This document shows positions 21,086 to 29,824 of a stretch of DNA of 64,000 nt, piece by piece. A program made the position numbers and the translations under genes. A model generated the notes under the pieces. The model ran no database searches. It was given only the letters and a program-made list of their open reading frames with translations, and was not told where the DNA came from. The stretch comes from a bacterium (lineage in GTDB: Bacteria > UBA8248 > JACPRG01 > G963555815), in the NCBI GenBank assembly GCA_965218795.1, contig OZ244653.1, positions 2,720,001 through 2,784,000 on the forward strand, given 5' to 3'. Within the stretch, counting starts at the first letter, position 1. Each line of letters opens with the position of its first letter.

Positions 21086-22102
21086 ATGATTCACCGAACA
21101 GCGTTTCCTTGGTTGTCGGCCGCCTTCATGGTGGTTGTATTGGCCGCTTCGGGCGTTCCTGAAGCGTTCGCCGCGAAAACCGTCAAGCTCGGCTTGTTCC
21201 CCTTCGGTCCCAGCCGAATGGCCGATCAATACGTGGTGGACGCGGGTCTTCACAAGAAATGGGGGTCGAAGGTTGGCGTTGATTTCAAAGTGTCGCACCC
21301 TCGGGATGACTTTGCCGCCTTCATGGGAAAGTCTGTGGACGTCGTCGCCATCAGCACGCTGGAGGTGGCCCGGCTGGTGGGCGACGAGGGCCACGACATC
21401 GTCATGTGGGGGAGGCAGGTGGACGCCTACATCGATATGTACGTCCGGAGCGACTCCGCGTACAAGACTCCGGGGGACTTGAAGGGCAAGAAGCTCGTTC
21501 ATCCCGGCTGGTCCACCGGCACCGCCCAGATGGGAATCGTTTTGCTCAAGAAGTGGTTTGGGCTGGACATGAAGAAGGACTTCAAAGTGGTCACCGCCCC
21601 CTGGCCCGTGGGACCCCAACTCCTGGCCAAGGGAGACGTGGAGATGTCCTTGAACCTCATGCCCTTGAGTCTTGAGCTCTGGCGGACCAATAAAATCCGG
21701 CCCGTCCTGGCGACCTATGCCACGGAGTGGGCCAAGCAGCGGGGGACAACCCACCACCTCTCCATCTCAAACTACACCTCCTGGGGGAAGTGGCTGGATG
21801 GGAATGATAAAGCCGCAAGAGCCTGGCTCGGGGCGTTTACCGATGCAATGAAGTACGCTCACGCCAACACGAAGGAGTGGTGCAATCGGTACCGAGATTA
21901 CATCGCGAAAAACGCGAGCGAAGCCCAGGTGGATTTCTACGTGAAGTGGTTCCAGGAATACGGTGTGCTGTACAAGGACTCCTACATCGACCAGACATTC
22001 ATCGATGAGGAATTGGCTTTCGTGAAACTGGCGGTCGAGGCCGGGTTCGCGAAGCCCCAGGCGGTGACCCCGAAGATATTCAGAATTGTCAAGCCCCTGT
22101 AG
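21086..22102 (+). CDS. ABC substrate-binding protein, SsuA/THI5-like
   Basis: Signal peptide (PEAFA); DSAYKTPGDLKGKKL motif; RBS GGAGG. Confidence 0.75.
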   Translation: MIHRTAFPWLSAAFMVVVLAASGVPEAFAAKTVKLGLFPFGPSRMADQYVVDAGLHKKWGSKVGVDFKVSHPRDDFAAFMGKSVDVVAISTLEVARLVGDEGHDIVMWGRQVDAYIDMYVRSDSAYKTPGDLKGKKLVHPGWSTGTAQMGIVLLKKWFGLDMKKDFKVVTAPWPVGPQLLAKGDVEMSLNLMPLSLELWRTNKIRPVLATYATEWAKQRGTTHHLSISNYTSWGKWLDGNDKAARAWLGAFTDAMKYAHANTKEWCNRYRDYIAKNASEAQVDFYVKWFQEYGVLYKDSYIDQTFIDEELAFVKLAVEAGFAKPQAVTPKIFRIVKPL

Positions 22103-22144
22103 CGGTTGAGCGGGGAAGCAGCCTCTGCGCGCAATAGAACGGAT

Positions 22145-22238
22145 GGGTCAAGTCTTTTCCCGGATTTTTTCGGGAAGGGTTCAAGACACGAACGTAAAGG
22201 TCATGAAGTTCCGAATCCATCCAGAAAAGACTTGACCC
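22145..22238. repeat. 15-bp inverted pair, REP-doublet-like
   Basis: GGGTCAAGTCTTTTC (22145-22159) ... GAAAAGACTTGACCC (22224-22238). Confidence 0.65.
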
Positions 22239-22391
22239 CCCCTTTGACCAAAGGCGTGGAGGATCGTCACGCCGCAACCGGAAGAAAGATTTGAACGCCC
22301 GCACCCCCGCTGAGAGGGTCGGCGGGATCGATATCGTTCGCCAGGGAAACGTCTGGGTTCGTCCCCGCGCAATTGGCTGAGAGGTGGAGGG

Positions 22392-24674
22392 ATGGCTGAC
22401 TATTCGATCATCGGCAAATCGCTTCCTCAGATAAACAGCCGGGAGAAGGCGACCGGCGCGGCTGAATACGTCCTGGATATCGGGCGGCCCCGGACCCTTG
22501 CCGCCAAGGTTCTCCGGAGCAAGCATCCCCACGCCTGGATCAAGGAGATCGATCTGTCGAAGGCCCGCGCCCTCAGGGGCGTAAAAGCCGCGGTGGCCTT
22601 CGAGGATACGCCCAAACTTCCGTGGGGTCCGATCTACAAGGAGCACTACATCTTCGCCAAGGACAAAGTCCGTTACGTCGGCGAGGAGGTGGCGGCCGTA
22701 GCGGCGGCGGACGAAGAAACCGCGGCCGAAGCCCTTTCACTCATCGAGGTGGAATACGAGCCGCTCCCCGCGGTGTTTGACGCGGAGGAGGCCCTGGCCG
22801 AGGGCGCTCCGTCGATCCGCGATGATCGACCGGGAAATCTGGCGCGGCACGTTTTCATCGAGCGGGGGGACGTGGAGAAAGGCTTTGAACAGTCGTCCGT
22901 CGTCCATGAGGAGGTTTACGAAACCTCCCACCAGTTCCAGTCTTACATCGAGCCCATCGGCACCCTGGTCGAAGTGGACAGCGGCGGTCGGCTCATCGTC
23001 CACGCCCCCACCCAGAGCATTTATTTCACCCGCGAGCTCCTGTCCGAGGGCCTGGGGATCCCCCCTTCCAGGATTCAGGTGATCCAGCCCTTTATCGGGG
23101 GGGCCTTCGGCGGCAAGCTGAATGAGGATCACAACACCCACATCACAGCCTTTCTGGCTCTCCTGACGGGACAGCCCGTCTGTCTGATGAACACGCGGCT
23201 GGAGGAATTTCAGGCCTCCCGGCCCCGTATGCCCGCCCGGGTCTACCTGAAGATGGGCCTTCGAAAGGACGGCGCCATCGCCGCCAAGGAAACGCGGATT
23301 TACGCGAATAACGGCGCCTACAGCTGCCTCAGCCTGGAAGTCCTCCTGGTGACCGCCAACCGGATGGATTCGCTCTATCGGCAGGAAAATCTGCGGACCA
23401 ACGCCTATCTCGCCTACACCAACCTCATTCCCTCGGGCGCGTTTCGGGGATTCGGAAATCCCCAGATGGCCTTTCCCCTGGAGAGCCACATGGACGTACT
23501 GGGGGAGAAGCTGGGACTGGATCCGATGGAGATCCGGATGCGCAATACCATCCGGCATGGCGAGACAAGCGTTCACGGCTGGTTCATGGGGAGTTGCGGC
23601 GTCCAGGAGTGCATCGAGAAGGCGGCCGCCCGGATCGGATGGACGGAGAAAGCCGCCCCGCGACTCGAAGAGGGAAGCCTTCGTCGGGGGGTGGGGGTGG
23701 CGTGCGGCATCCACGTCAGCGCAAACCGTCAACTGGCCGATTGGGACGGCTCCGCCATTGCTCTCAAAATCAATGAGGACGGGCAGGCTACCCTGATCTC
23801 CGGGGAAGGCGACATGGGGCAGGGCGCGCATACCATGATGACCCAGATTGTGGCGGAAGAACTGGGCATGACGCCGGATGACGTGACAATTTCCACTCCG
23901 GATACAGACTCCACTCCCTTCTGTTTCGGGGGGTTCGCCAGCCGGTTGACGATGTTGGCGGGCAATGCGGTCCGCATGGCGGCCCAGGAGGCCCGCGGGC
24001 AGCTTGTCGAAGTCGCAGCCCGGCAATTGGAAGTGGACGAGGGAGACCTCACCGTGGGGGGCGGTCACATCGCCGTCAAGGGCGCCCCCGACCGGAAGGT
24101 CACGCTTGCCGAGGCCGCCAAGGGCGCCATCTTCCGCCGGGACGGTCAAGGCGTCTTCGCGCAGACCGCCTGGGATCCCCCGACGGAAATGGCCGACAAG
24201 CAGACATTCTACGGGAACGTCGCGCCGGCCTATTCATTTGTCTGCTTTGCCGCCGAGGTCGAGGTCGATAGGGAAACGGGCCAGGTGGGGCTTTTGAGAC
24301 TCGTCGCCGCGGACGATGTCGGAAAGGCCCTCAACCCGCTCACGGTCGAAGGGCAAATCCACGGCGAGGTGATCCAAGGCGTGGGCTTGGCCCTATTCGA
24401 GCACGTCGTCCTGGACGACGGGGTCGTGGCCAACGGGAATTTCGCGGACTATGGCGTTCCCACCGCCGAATCCGTGCCGATGGTCGAAAGCCTTCTGATC
24501 GAGCCCGGCGACCCCAACGGCCCGTTCGGGGCCAAGGGGTGCTCCGAGACGGCGCTGGTTCCTGTGGGCGCTGCGGTGGCCAACGCCGTTTACAACGCGG
24601 TTGGCGTGCGGGTGACCCGACTTCCCATACGTCCGGCCGAACTGCTTGCGGCCATTCAGAAAACGAAAGGATGA
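22392..24674 (+). CDS. Xanthine dehydrogenase family Mo large subunit 2 (HcrA-like)
   Basis: GGAFGGK, AFRGFGNPQ, GQIHG, GAKGCSE. Confidence 0.93.
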   Translation: MADYSIIGKSLPQINSREKATGAAEYVLDIGRPRTLAAKVLRSKHPHAWIKEIDLSKARALRGVKAAVAFEDTPKLPWGPIYKEHYIFAKDKVRYVGEEVAAVAAADEETAAEALSLIEVEYEPLPAVFDAEEALAEGAPSIRDDRPGNLARHVFIERGDVEKGFEQSSVVHEEVYETSHQFQSYIEPIGTLVEVDSGGRLIVHAPTQSIYFTRELLSEGLGIPPSRIQVIQPFIGGAFGGKLNEDHNTHITAFLALLTGQPVCLMNTRLEEFQASRPRMPARVYLKMGLRKDGAIAAKETRIYANNGAYSCLSLEVLLVTANRMDSLYRQENLRTNAYLAYTNLIPSGAFRGFGNPQMAFPLESHMDVLGEKLGLDPMEIRMRNTIRHGETSVHGWFMGSCGVQECIEKAAARIGWTEKAAPRLEEGSLRRGVGVACGIHVSANRQLADWDGSAIALKINEDGQATLISGEGDMGQGAHTMMTQIVAEELGMTPDDVTISTPDTDSTPFCFGGFASRLTMLAGNAVRMAAQEARGQLVEVAARQLEVDEGDLTVGGGHIAVKGAPDRKVTLAEAAKGAIFRRDGQGVFAQTAWDPPTEMADKQTFYGNVAPAYSFVCFAAEVEVDRETGQVGLLRLVAADDVGKALNPLTVEGQIHGEVIQGVGLALFEHVVLDDGVVANGNFADYGVPTAESVPMVESLLIEPGDPNGPFGAKGCSETALVPVGAAVANAVYNAVGVRVTRLPIRPAELLAAIQKTKG

Positions 24675-24885
24675 CCTGTGAGCCCCCCTCTGGGGGGTTC
24701 GTTTGGAGTCTGGGGGACGGAATTCCCTCTTCGCATTTCGAGCGTTATCAGGGTTCCAGGAATCGGGGCGCTCCGACGGCCGCGGCGACCTGGGTGAAGA
24801 TTGACCGCCTGGACACTCGGAAGGCGGTCACATCCGGCTGCGAAATCGAATCATTTTGAAAACAAGAGGCGTCGGCGCGGTTGCT

Positions 24886-27234
24886 ATGACAGACCATCAA
24901 TGGGTCGGAAAAAATCTCCCCCGGGAGGACGGTCCGGAAAAGGCGACGGGGACCGGCGCCTATGTTACGGATATGGCGCTCCCGAACATGCTGCACGGAA
25001 AGTTCCTCCGCAGCCGGCTTCCGCACGCCCGGATCCTGCACGTGGACGTGACGGAGGCGATGAAGGTCAAGGGCGTCAAAGCGGTCCTGACCGCTGAGGG
25101 CTGTCCGAAAGGTAAAGACGGCCATCTACTCGGCTTCGGCCCCTACATCCTGGACTATCCCATCCTGGCCCAGCACAAGGTCCGGTTCGTCGGCGAAGCC
25201 ATTGCCGTTGCGGCCGCGTCCGATGAGGACGCGGCGGAAGAAGCCGTCGGGCTGATTCGGGTGGACTATGAGGAATTGCCCGCGGTCTTCGATCCCATCG
25301 AGGCGATCCGGCCCGGCGCGCCGCTGATTCATGAGGACCCGGAGCGCTATGCGCACACCCCGGCCTTCAAACCCATCCGGTACGGCAACGTCGCCTTCGA
25401 GGTCAAGGTGGTCAAGGGGAGCCCGGAGGAAGGGTTTGCGGAGGCGGATCACATTCTGGAACAGCGATTCGAGACCTCGACCCATCACCAATGCTACATG
25501 GAGCCTCACGCCGTCGTGGCACAGGCGGACGTCAAGGGGAAGGTGACGGTCTGGTCGAGCACACAGACGGTGGCCGAAGTCCGAAAGGGACTCGTGGAAA
25601 CCTTGGGACTCGACCCGAGCGGCATCCGGGTGATTGCGCCTTTTATTGGAGGCGGATTCGGAGGAAAGCTGAGCGTTCGGCTCGAGCCGCACGCCGTCCT
25701 TCTCTCCCGCCAGACGGGGTACCCGGTCAAGATGGTGCTCACCGGCGAGGAGGAGTTCATCTCCGGCCATCCCAGACACCCCTTCCAACTGGAGTTCAAG
25801 ACCGGCGTCAAGAAGAACGGGCGTATCACGGCAAGGCAGGTCGAGGTGATCGCGGATTCCGGCGCTTATATTCATCAGGGAGCCGGTGTGGTGGGGACGG
25901 CCGCCTCCCACGCCCCCGGTCCGTACGAGGTCCCTCATGTCTCCGTCCACGGGCGACTCGTCTATACCAATAAGGTTCCCTTCGGAGGTTACCGGGGATA
26001 CGGCGGCCCTCAAATTCATTTTGCCGGTGAATCCCAACTGGACGATCTGGCGGGAGAAATCGGGATCGATCCGATCGAGCTCCGGATGAAGAACGGTCTT
26101 TCATCCGGTACGCGTCTCGTGTCAGGCCAACCCGCGCCCCACGCGGCCTACAAGGAGACGCTCCGCGGCGCCGCGGAGAGCGCGGGCTGGGATTGGGAGA
26201 ACCGGACGAAGCCTGCCGGAAGGAGCCGGGATCCCAACAAGCGGTACGGGATCGGCGTGGCCTCGATGCAGCACGGAAGCGCAATCTTTTCCTCGAGCGC
26301 CATCCTCAAGATGGAGGACGGGGGCTCCCTCACCGTCCTGGCCGGAGGGACCGAGATCGGCGCGGGACAGAGAACCACGCTGAGCCAGATTGCCGCCGAG
26401 GCGCTGAGCGTCCCCATGGAAAAGATCAACATTGCCCTGTCGGACACCCTGACTTCGCCCTACGACTGGTCGACCGACGCAAGCCGGACCACCTACAATA
26501 CCGGCAACGCCATCCTGCGGGCGGCCGCCGAGGTCAGAGAGAAGCTTCTCGGAATCGCGGGCGAGATGCTGGAGGTTGGGCCGGAAGACCTGGAGATGAC
26601 CAACGGTGAGGTCTGCGTGCGCGGCGCGCCCGATCGGCGCTTATCCTACGCCGACGTCGTGACCTACGGGCTGTACGTGAACGGAGGCGTCATCCTGGGA
26701 AAGGGATCTTCCTTCGATCCGCCCCCATATGATCCGCCCGGCGATTTACAGGTCGAGGGATGGCATTTCATATCGAGGCCCGCGCTCATCTTCGGCACCC
26801 AAATCGCCGAAGTAGAGGTGGATGCCGAGACCGGACAGGTCGAGATCATCGCCATCCATTCGGCTCACGAGGTCGGGAAGGCCATCAATCCCGCTGGCTG
26901 TGAAGGGCAGATCGAAGGCGCGGCGTCCATGGCCGTGGGGTGGCTGTTGACCGAAGAAATGGCTTTTGAGAATGGCGTCGTGACCAACCCGACATTACTC
27001 GACTACAAAATCCCGGTCGCCCAGGATATGCCGGAGGTTCATTCGGTTCTTGTGGAAGACCCCGACCCGACGGGACCGTTCGGCGCCAAGGGGATCGGCG
27101 AGCCGGCGCTCGTGGCCACCGCCGCGGCCGTGGCCAACGCCATCCGCGACGCCATCGGGGTCCGGATGCACGATATGCCCTTCACGCCCGAGCGCGTTCT
27201 GGCGGCGCTGGGCCGATCTCCTCACTCGAGTTGA
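24886..27234 (+). CDS. Xanthine dehydrogenase family Mo large subunit 3
   Basis: GGGFGGK, YRGYGGPQ, GQIEG, GAKGIGE. Confidence 0.93.
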   Translation: MTDHQWVGKNLPREDGPEKATGTGAYVTDMALPNMLHGKFLRSRLPHARILHVDVTEAMKVKGVKAVLTAEGCPKGKDGHLLGFGPYILDYPILAQHKVRFVGEAIAVAAASDEDAAEEAVGLIRVDYEELPAVFDPIEAIRPGAPLIHEDPERYAHTPAFKPIRYGNVAFEVKVVKGSPEEGFAEADHILEQRFETSTHHQCYMEPHAVVAQADVKGKVTVWSSTQTVAEVRKGLVETLGLDPSGIRVIAPFIGGGFGGKLSVRLEPHAVLLSRQTGYPVKMVLTGEEEFISGHPRHPFQLEFKTGVKKNGRITARQVEVIADSGAYIHQGAGVVGTAASHAPGPYEVPHVSVHGRLVYTNKVPFGGYRGYGGPQIHFAGESQLDDLAGEIGIDPIELRMKNGLSSGTRLVSGQPAPHAAYKETLRGAAESAGWDWENRTKPAGRSRDPNKRYGIGVASMQHGSAIFSSSAILKMEDGGSLTVLAGGTEIGAGQRTTLSQIAAEALSVPMEKINIALSDTLTSPYDWSTDASRTTYNTGNAILRAAAEVREKLLGIAGEMLEVGPEDLEMTNGEVCVRGAPDRRLSYADVVTYGLYVNGGVILGKGSSFDPPPYDPPGDLQVEGWHFISRPALIFGTQIAEVEVDAETGQVEIIAIHSAHEVGKAINPAGCEGQIEGAASMAVGWLLTEEMAFENGVVTNPTLLDYKIPVAQDMPEVHSVLVEDPDPTGPFGAKGIGEPALVATAAAVANAIRDAIGVRMHDMPFTPERVLAALGRSPHSS

Positions 27235-28427
27235 CCGGTAAACCTGTACCATGCGTGCAGGAGCAGGTCCTTGTAGGTCTTCCTCCAGCATTTCAGCCCG
27301 TGAATGCCGGCGTGGTCACTGCAGATGTTGCAGGAGACGCATTCCACCGCGCCTCGCTTCCCCTGCTCGATTTTGCGGACGAGATCCGGTTCCCGAATGA
27401 ACGGCCGGCTCAGGGAAACGAAATCGGCAGTTCCCTGCCGGATGACGGACTCCATCGTCTCCACGGTCCGCAAGCCGCCGACGGCGAGCACCGGACACCG
27501 CACGCGTTCCCGCACCCGGCGGGTTTCCTCCAGAAAATGGCCTTCCGGGACCGGCTTTGCGAAGACCCGGTGGAACACCATGTCCTCCAGCGCCCGCTTC
27601 CGGCTCAGGCCGGCGTATGGCCAGGCCCCGGCCCAGCCTTTCTCGTTGACGCCGGAGGAGACCTCGATGGCGTCGATCCCCATCTCCTCCAGCCGCTCCG
27701 CAGTCGCCACTCCCTCGTCCAGCGTGAGCCCGCCGGTCAGGAAATCCCGGATCCCCAGCTTGATCGTCACGGGGTAGCCGTCACCTACGGCCCCTCGAAC
27801 CGCCCGGTAGACCTCAAGCGGGAAGCGCTGACGATTCTCCAGGGCCCCTCCCCATTGGTCTTCCCTGCGGTTGGTGCAGGGTGAGAGGAACTGGGAGAGC
27901 AGGTAGCCGTGGGCGCCGTGGATGTGGATGCCGTCGAAGCCCGCCTCCTTGGCCCGCCGGGCCGCGTTGTGAAAACAGTCGATGACCTCCCGGATCTCCT
28001 CCTCGGTCGCGGCCTTGGCCACCTTTTTCGTCCGAGGGTTTTGCGAGGCGGAGGGCGCGAGCGGCTCCACGCCCGCCATCATGTTCTTCTCTCCGGTATG
28101 GCTGAGCTCTGCGAAGATTCGCGCGCCTTCAGCGTGGATGGCCTCGGTCATACGCTTGAGGGGGCCGACGTGATCGTCTCGGTCCAGGCCCGTCATGCCC
28201 GTGGTGTACATCCCCCTCCGGTGGACGTAGATGTGCCCTGTAATGAGCAGTCCCACGCCGAATCGGGCCAGCGTGACGTGGAGGTCACGAAATCCTTCGA
28301 GGATGAACCCGTTCTCGTCCGCGAGGCTTTCCCCGGTCGCGGATCGCACAAAGCGGTTTCTGATCTCCAGGTTTCCGATTCTTCCGGGCTGAAACAAGGC
28401 CAATGGAGCGGCCTCAGTCATCGCCAT
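27222..28427 (-). CDS. NADH:flavin oxidoreductase (old yellow enzyme family)
   Basis: RNRFVRSAT, AGFDGIHIHGAHGYLLSQFLSP, NRREDQWGG, SRPFIREPDL, CVSCNIC. Confidence 0.92.
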   Translation of the reverse strand: MAMTEAAPLALFQPGRIGNLEIRNRFVRSATGESLADENGFILEGFRDLHVTLARFGVGLLITGHIYVHRRGMYTTGMTGLDRDDHVGPLKRMTEAIHAEGARIFAELSHTGEKNMMAGVEPLAPSASQNPRTKKVAKAATEEEIREVIDCFHNAARRAKEAGFDGIHIHGAHGYLLSQFLSPCTNRREDQWGGALENRQRFPLEVYRAVRGAVGDGYPVTIKLGIRDFLTGGLTLDEGVATAERLEEMGIDAIEVSSGVNEKGWAGAWPYAGLSRKRALEDMVFHRVFAKPVPEGHFLEETRRVRERVRCPVLAVGGLRTVETMESVIRQGTADFVSLSRPFIREPDLVRKIEQGKRGAVECVSCNICSDHAGIHGLKCWRKTYKDLLLHAWYRFTGQLE

Positions 28428-28514
28428 GGAATGATCTCCTGCTCTGAAAGGGTGCATGGGCGGAGGCCGTACATGCAAGAGAAGATGAACGATCGGCCGT
28501 GGGGGTCCAATACA

Positions 28515-28640
28515 TTGCGCCGCCCCGCCGTTGCGTTGATATCGATGAGGGCGCCATGAACGAATGTGGCGTGTCGGGACGCCGGAAACAGGACGAGGCC
28601 TCCCACCTCATCGGAAGTCCCCGACCGGCTGATGGGCCGC
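28515..28640 (-). pseudogene. SDR C-terminal remnant
   Basis: PISRSGTSDEVGGLVLFPASRHATFVHGALIDIN resembles an SDR tail. Confidence 0.5.
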
Positions 28641-28661
28641 TGGGCGGTCTTCGCCGGTGGA

Positions 28662-28700
28662 CCAAGGGAGCCGGAACCCGCCGGGTTCCGGCTCCCTTGG
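28662..28700. terminator. 18-bp perfect GC-rich hairpin (terminator or REP-like)
   Basis: CCAAGGGAGCCGGAACCC-gcc-GGGTTCCGGCTCCCTTGG downstream of the BMP gene; no clear U-tract. Confidence 0.5.
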
Positions 28701-28743
28701 GAATCGGTTCGCGCGCCGGCGCGTTGCCTCGCGCTTCCCGGCC

Positions 28744-29757
28744 TCAATCGAGCAGCTTTTGCCCCATGAAGGGCGTCTTGATCTTGCCGGCGAGAATGTC
28801 CTTCCTGAAGGCTTCGACCTTTCGGACGACATCGGCGGGGACCTTGGGGTGTAAAGGCGTCAGTCTCGCCCCTCCGGAACCCACGCCGATCATGGTGACT
28901 TGCTTGGGCTTCCCCGTCTTCGCGAGGGCCATGATGATCTTCTTCATCGGGGTATGCCAGACGTAATCCACACTGGTGAGAACGGTGTTCGGCGCTATCT
29001 GCTTGATGTCAAAGTAGGTCCCGATGGCGTGGACGCCCGCTTCATCCGCCGCCAGGATGCCCCCCATCAAGCCTGGGCTGTGGGTCCCCCAGATCACGTC
29101 CACCCCCTGGTTGATCATGGCGATGGCGGCCTCCTTGGTTTTGTTGGCATCCGACCAGCTGTCGACGAACACGTACGGCATCTTGATGTCCGGAACGGCC
29201 GCCCGCGCGCCCAGCTTGAAGAGGTTGTGGGCGGAAATGGTATTGGGAACGGGGAACCCGCTCATGTAGCCGATTTTCTTGCTCTTGCTCATCAGCGCGG
29301 CGAGCGTGCCGGCCAGGAAGGTCGCTCCCTCGGCCTGGACCCCGTAGGTGATGAGGTTGGGACGTCCCTCGAGTTTGAAGAAGTAAGGGACGGCGAAGAT
29401 GGTTTTCGGGAATTGAGCAGCCAGTTTTCGGGCGGGCTCGCCGAATTCGAAGCTGTGGCCGAAAATGATGTCGTATCCGGCAATCGCCCAGCGCCGCAAT
29501 GCCCTTTCAATGTCGGGGATCTCGATGTTTTCCTGGAATGCGACCTCCTTGACGCCGGGGTCGTCTTTCAGCTTGTGGGCGCCCAGATTTCCGCTTGCAT
29601 ACCAACCCATGTCCCTGATGGCCCCGTTGTGGCCGATGGCCACGCGGATCTCGCTGACCGGCTTGGCCGCTTCGGCGGGTCCGGCTATCAGGCCCGGGAT
29701 CAGCACGCACGCCGGCACACACCCGAATAATCCACGCCAGAAAGCTTTCTTGTTCAT
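28744..29757 (-). CDS. BMP-family (nucleoside-type) substrate-binding protein
   Basis: GAIRDMGW, GYDIIFGHSFEF, FLAGTLAALMSKSKKIG, SWSDANKTKEAAIAMINQGVDVI. Confidence 0.87.
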   Translation of the reverse strand: MNKKAFWRGLFGCVPACVLIPGLIAGPAEAAKPVSEIRVAIGHNGAIRDMGWYASGNLGAHKLKDDPGVKEVAFQENIEIPDIERALRRWAIAGYDIIFGHSFEFGEPARKLAAQFPKTIFAVPYFFKLEGRPNLITYGVQAEGATFLAGTLAALMSKSKKIGYMSGFPVPNTISAHNLFKLGARAAVPDIKMPYVFVDSWSDANKTKEAAIAMINQGVDVIWGTHSPGLMGGILAADEAGVHAIGTYFDIKQIAPNTVLTSVDYVWHTPMKKIIMALAKTGKPKQVTMIGVGSGGARLTPLHPKVPADVVRKVEAFRKDILAGKIKTPFMGQKLLD

Positions 29758-29824
29758 GGTGTCCTCCTTTCTCAGAGAATCAGGGCTCTCGTCTTACGCT
29801 CAGGAAGCCGGATGGTCCGGGTTC

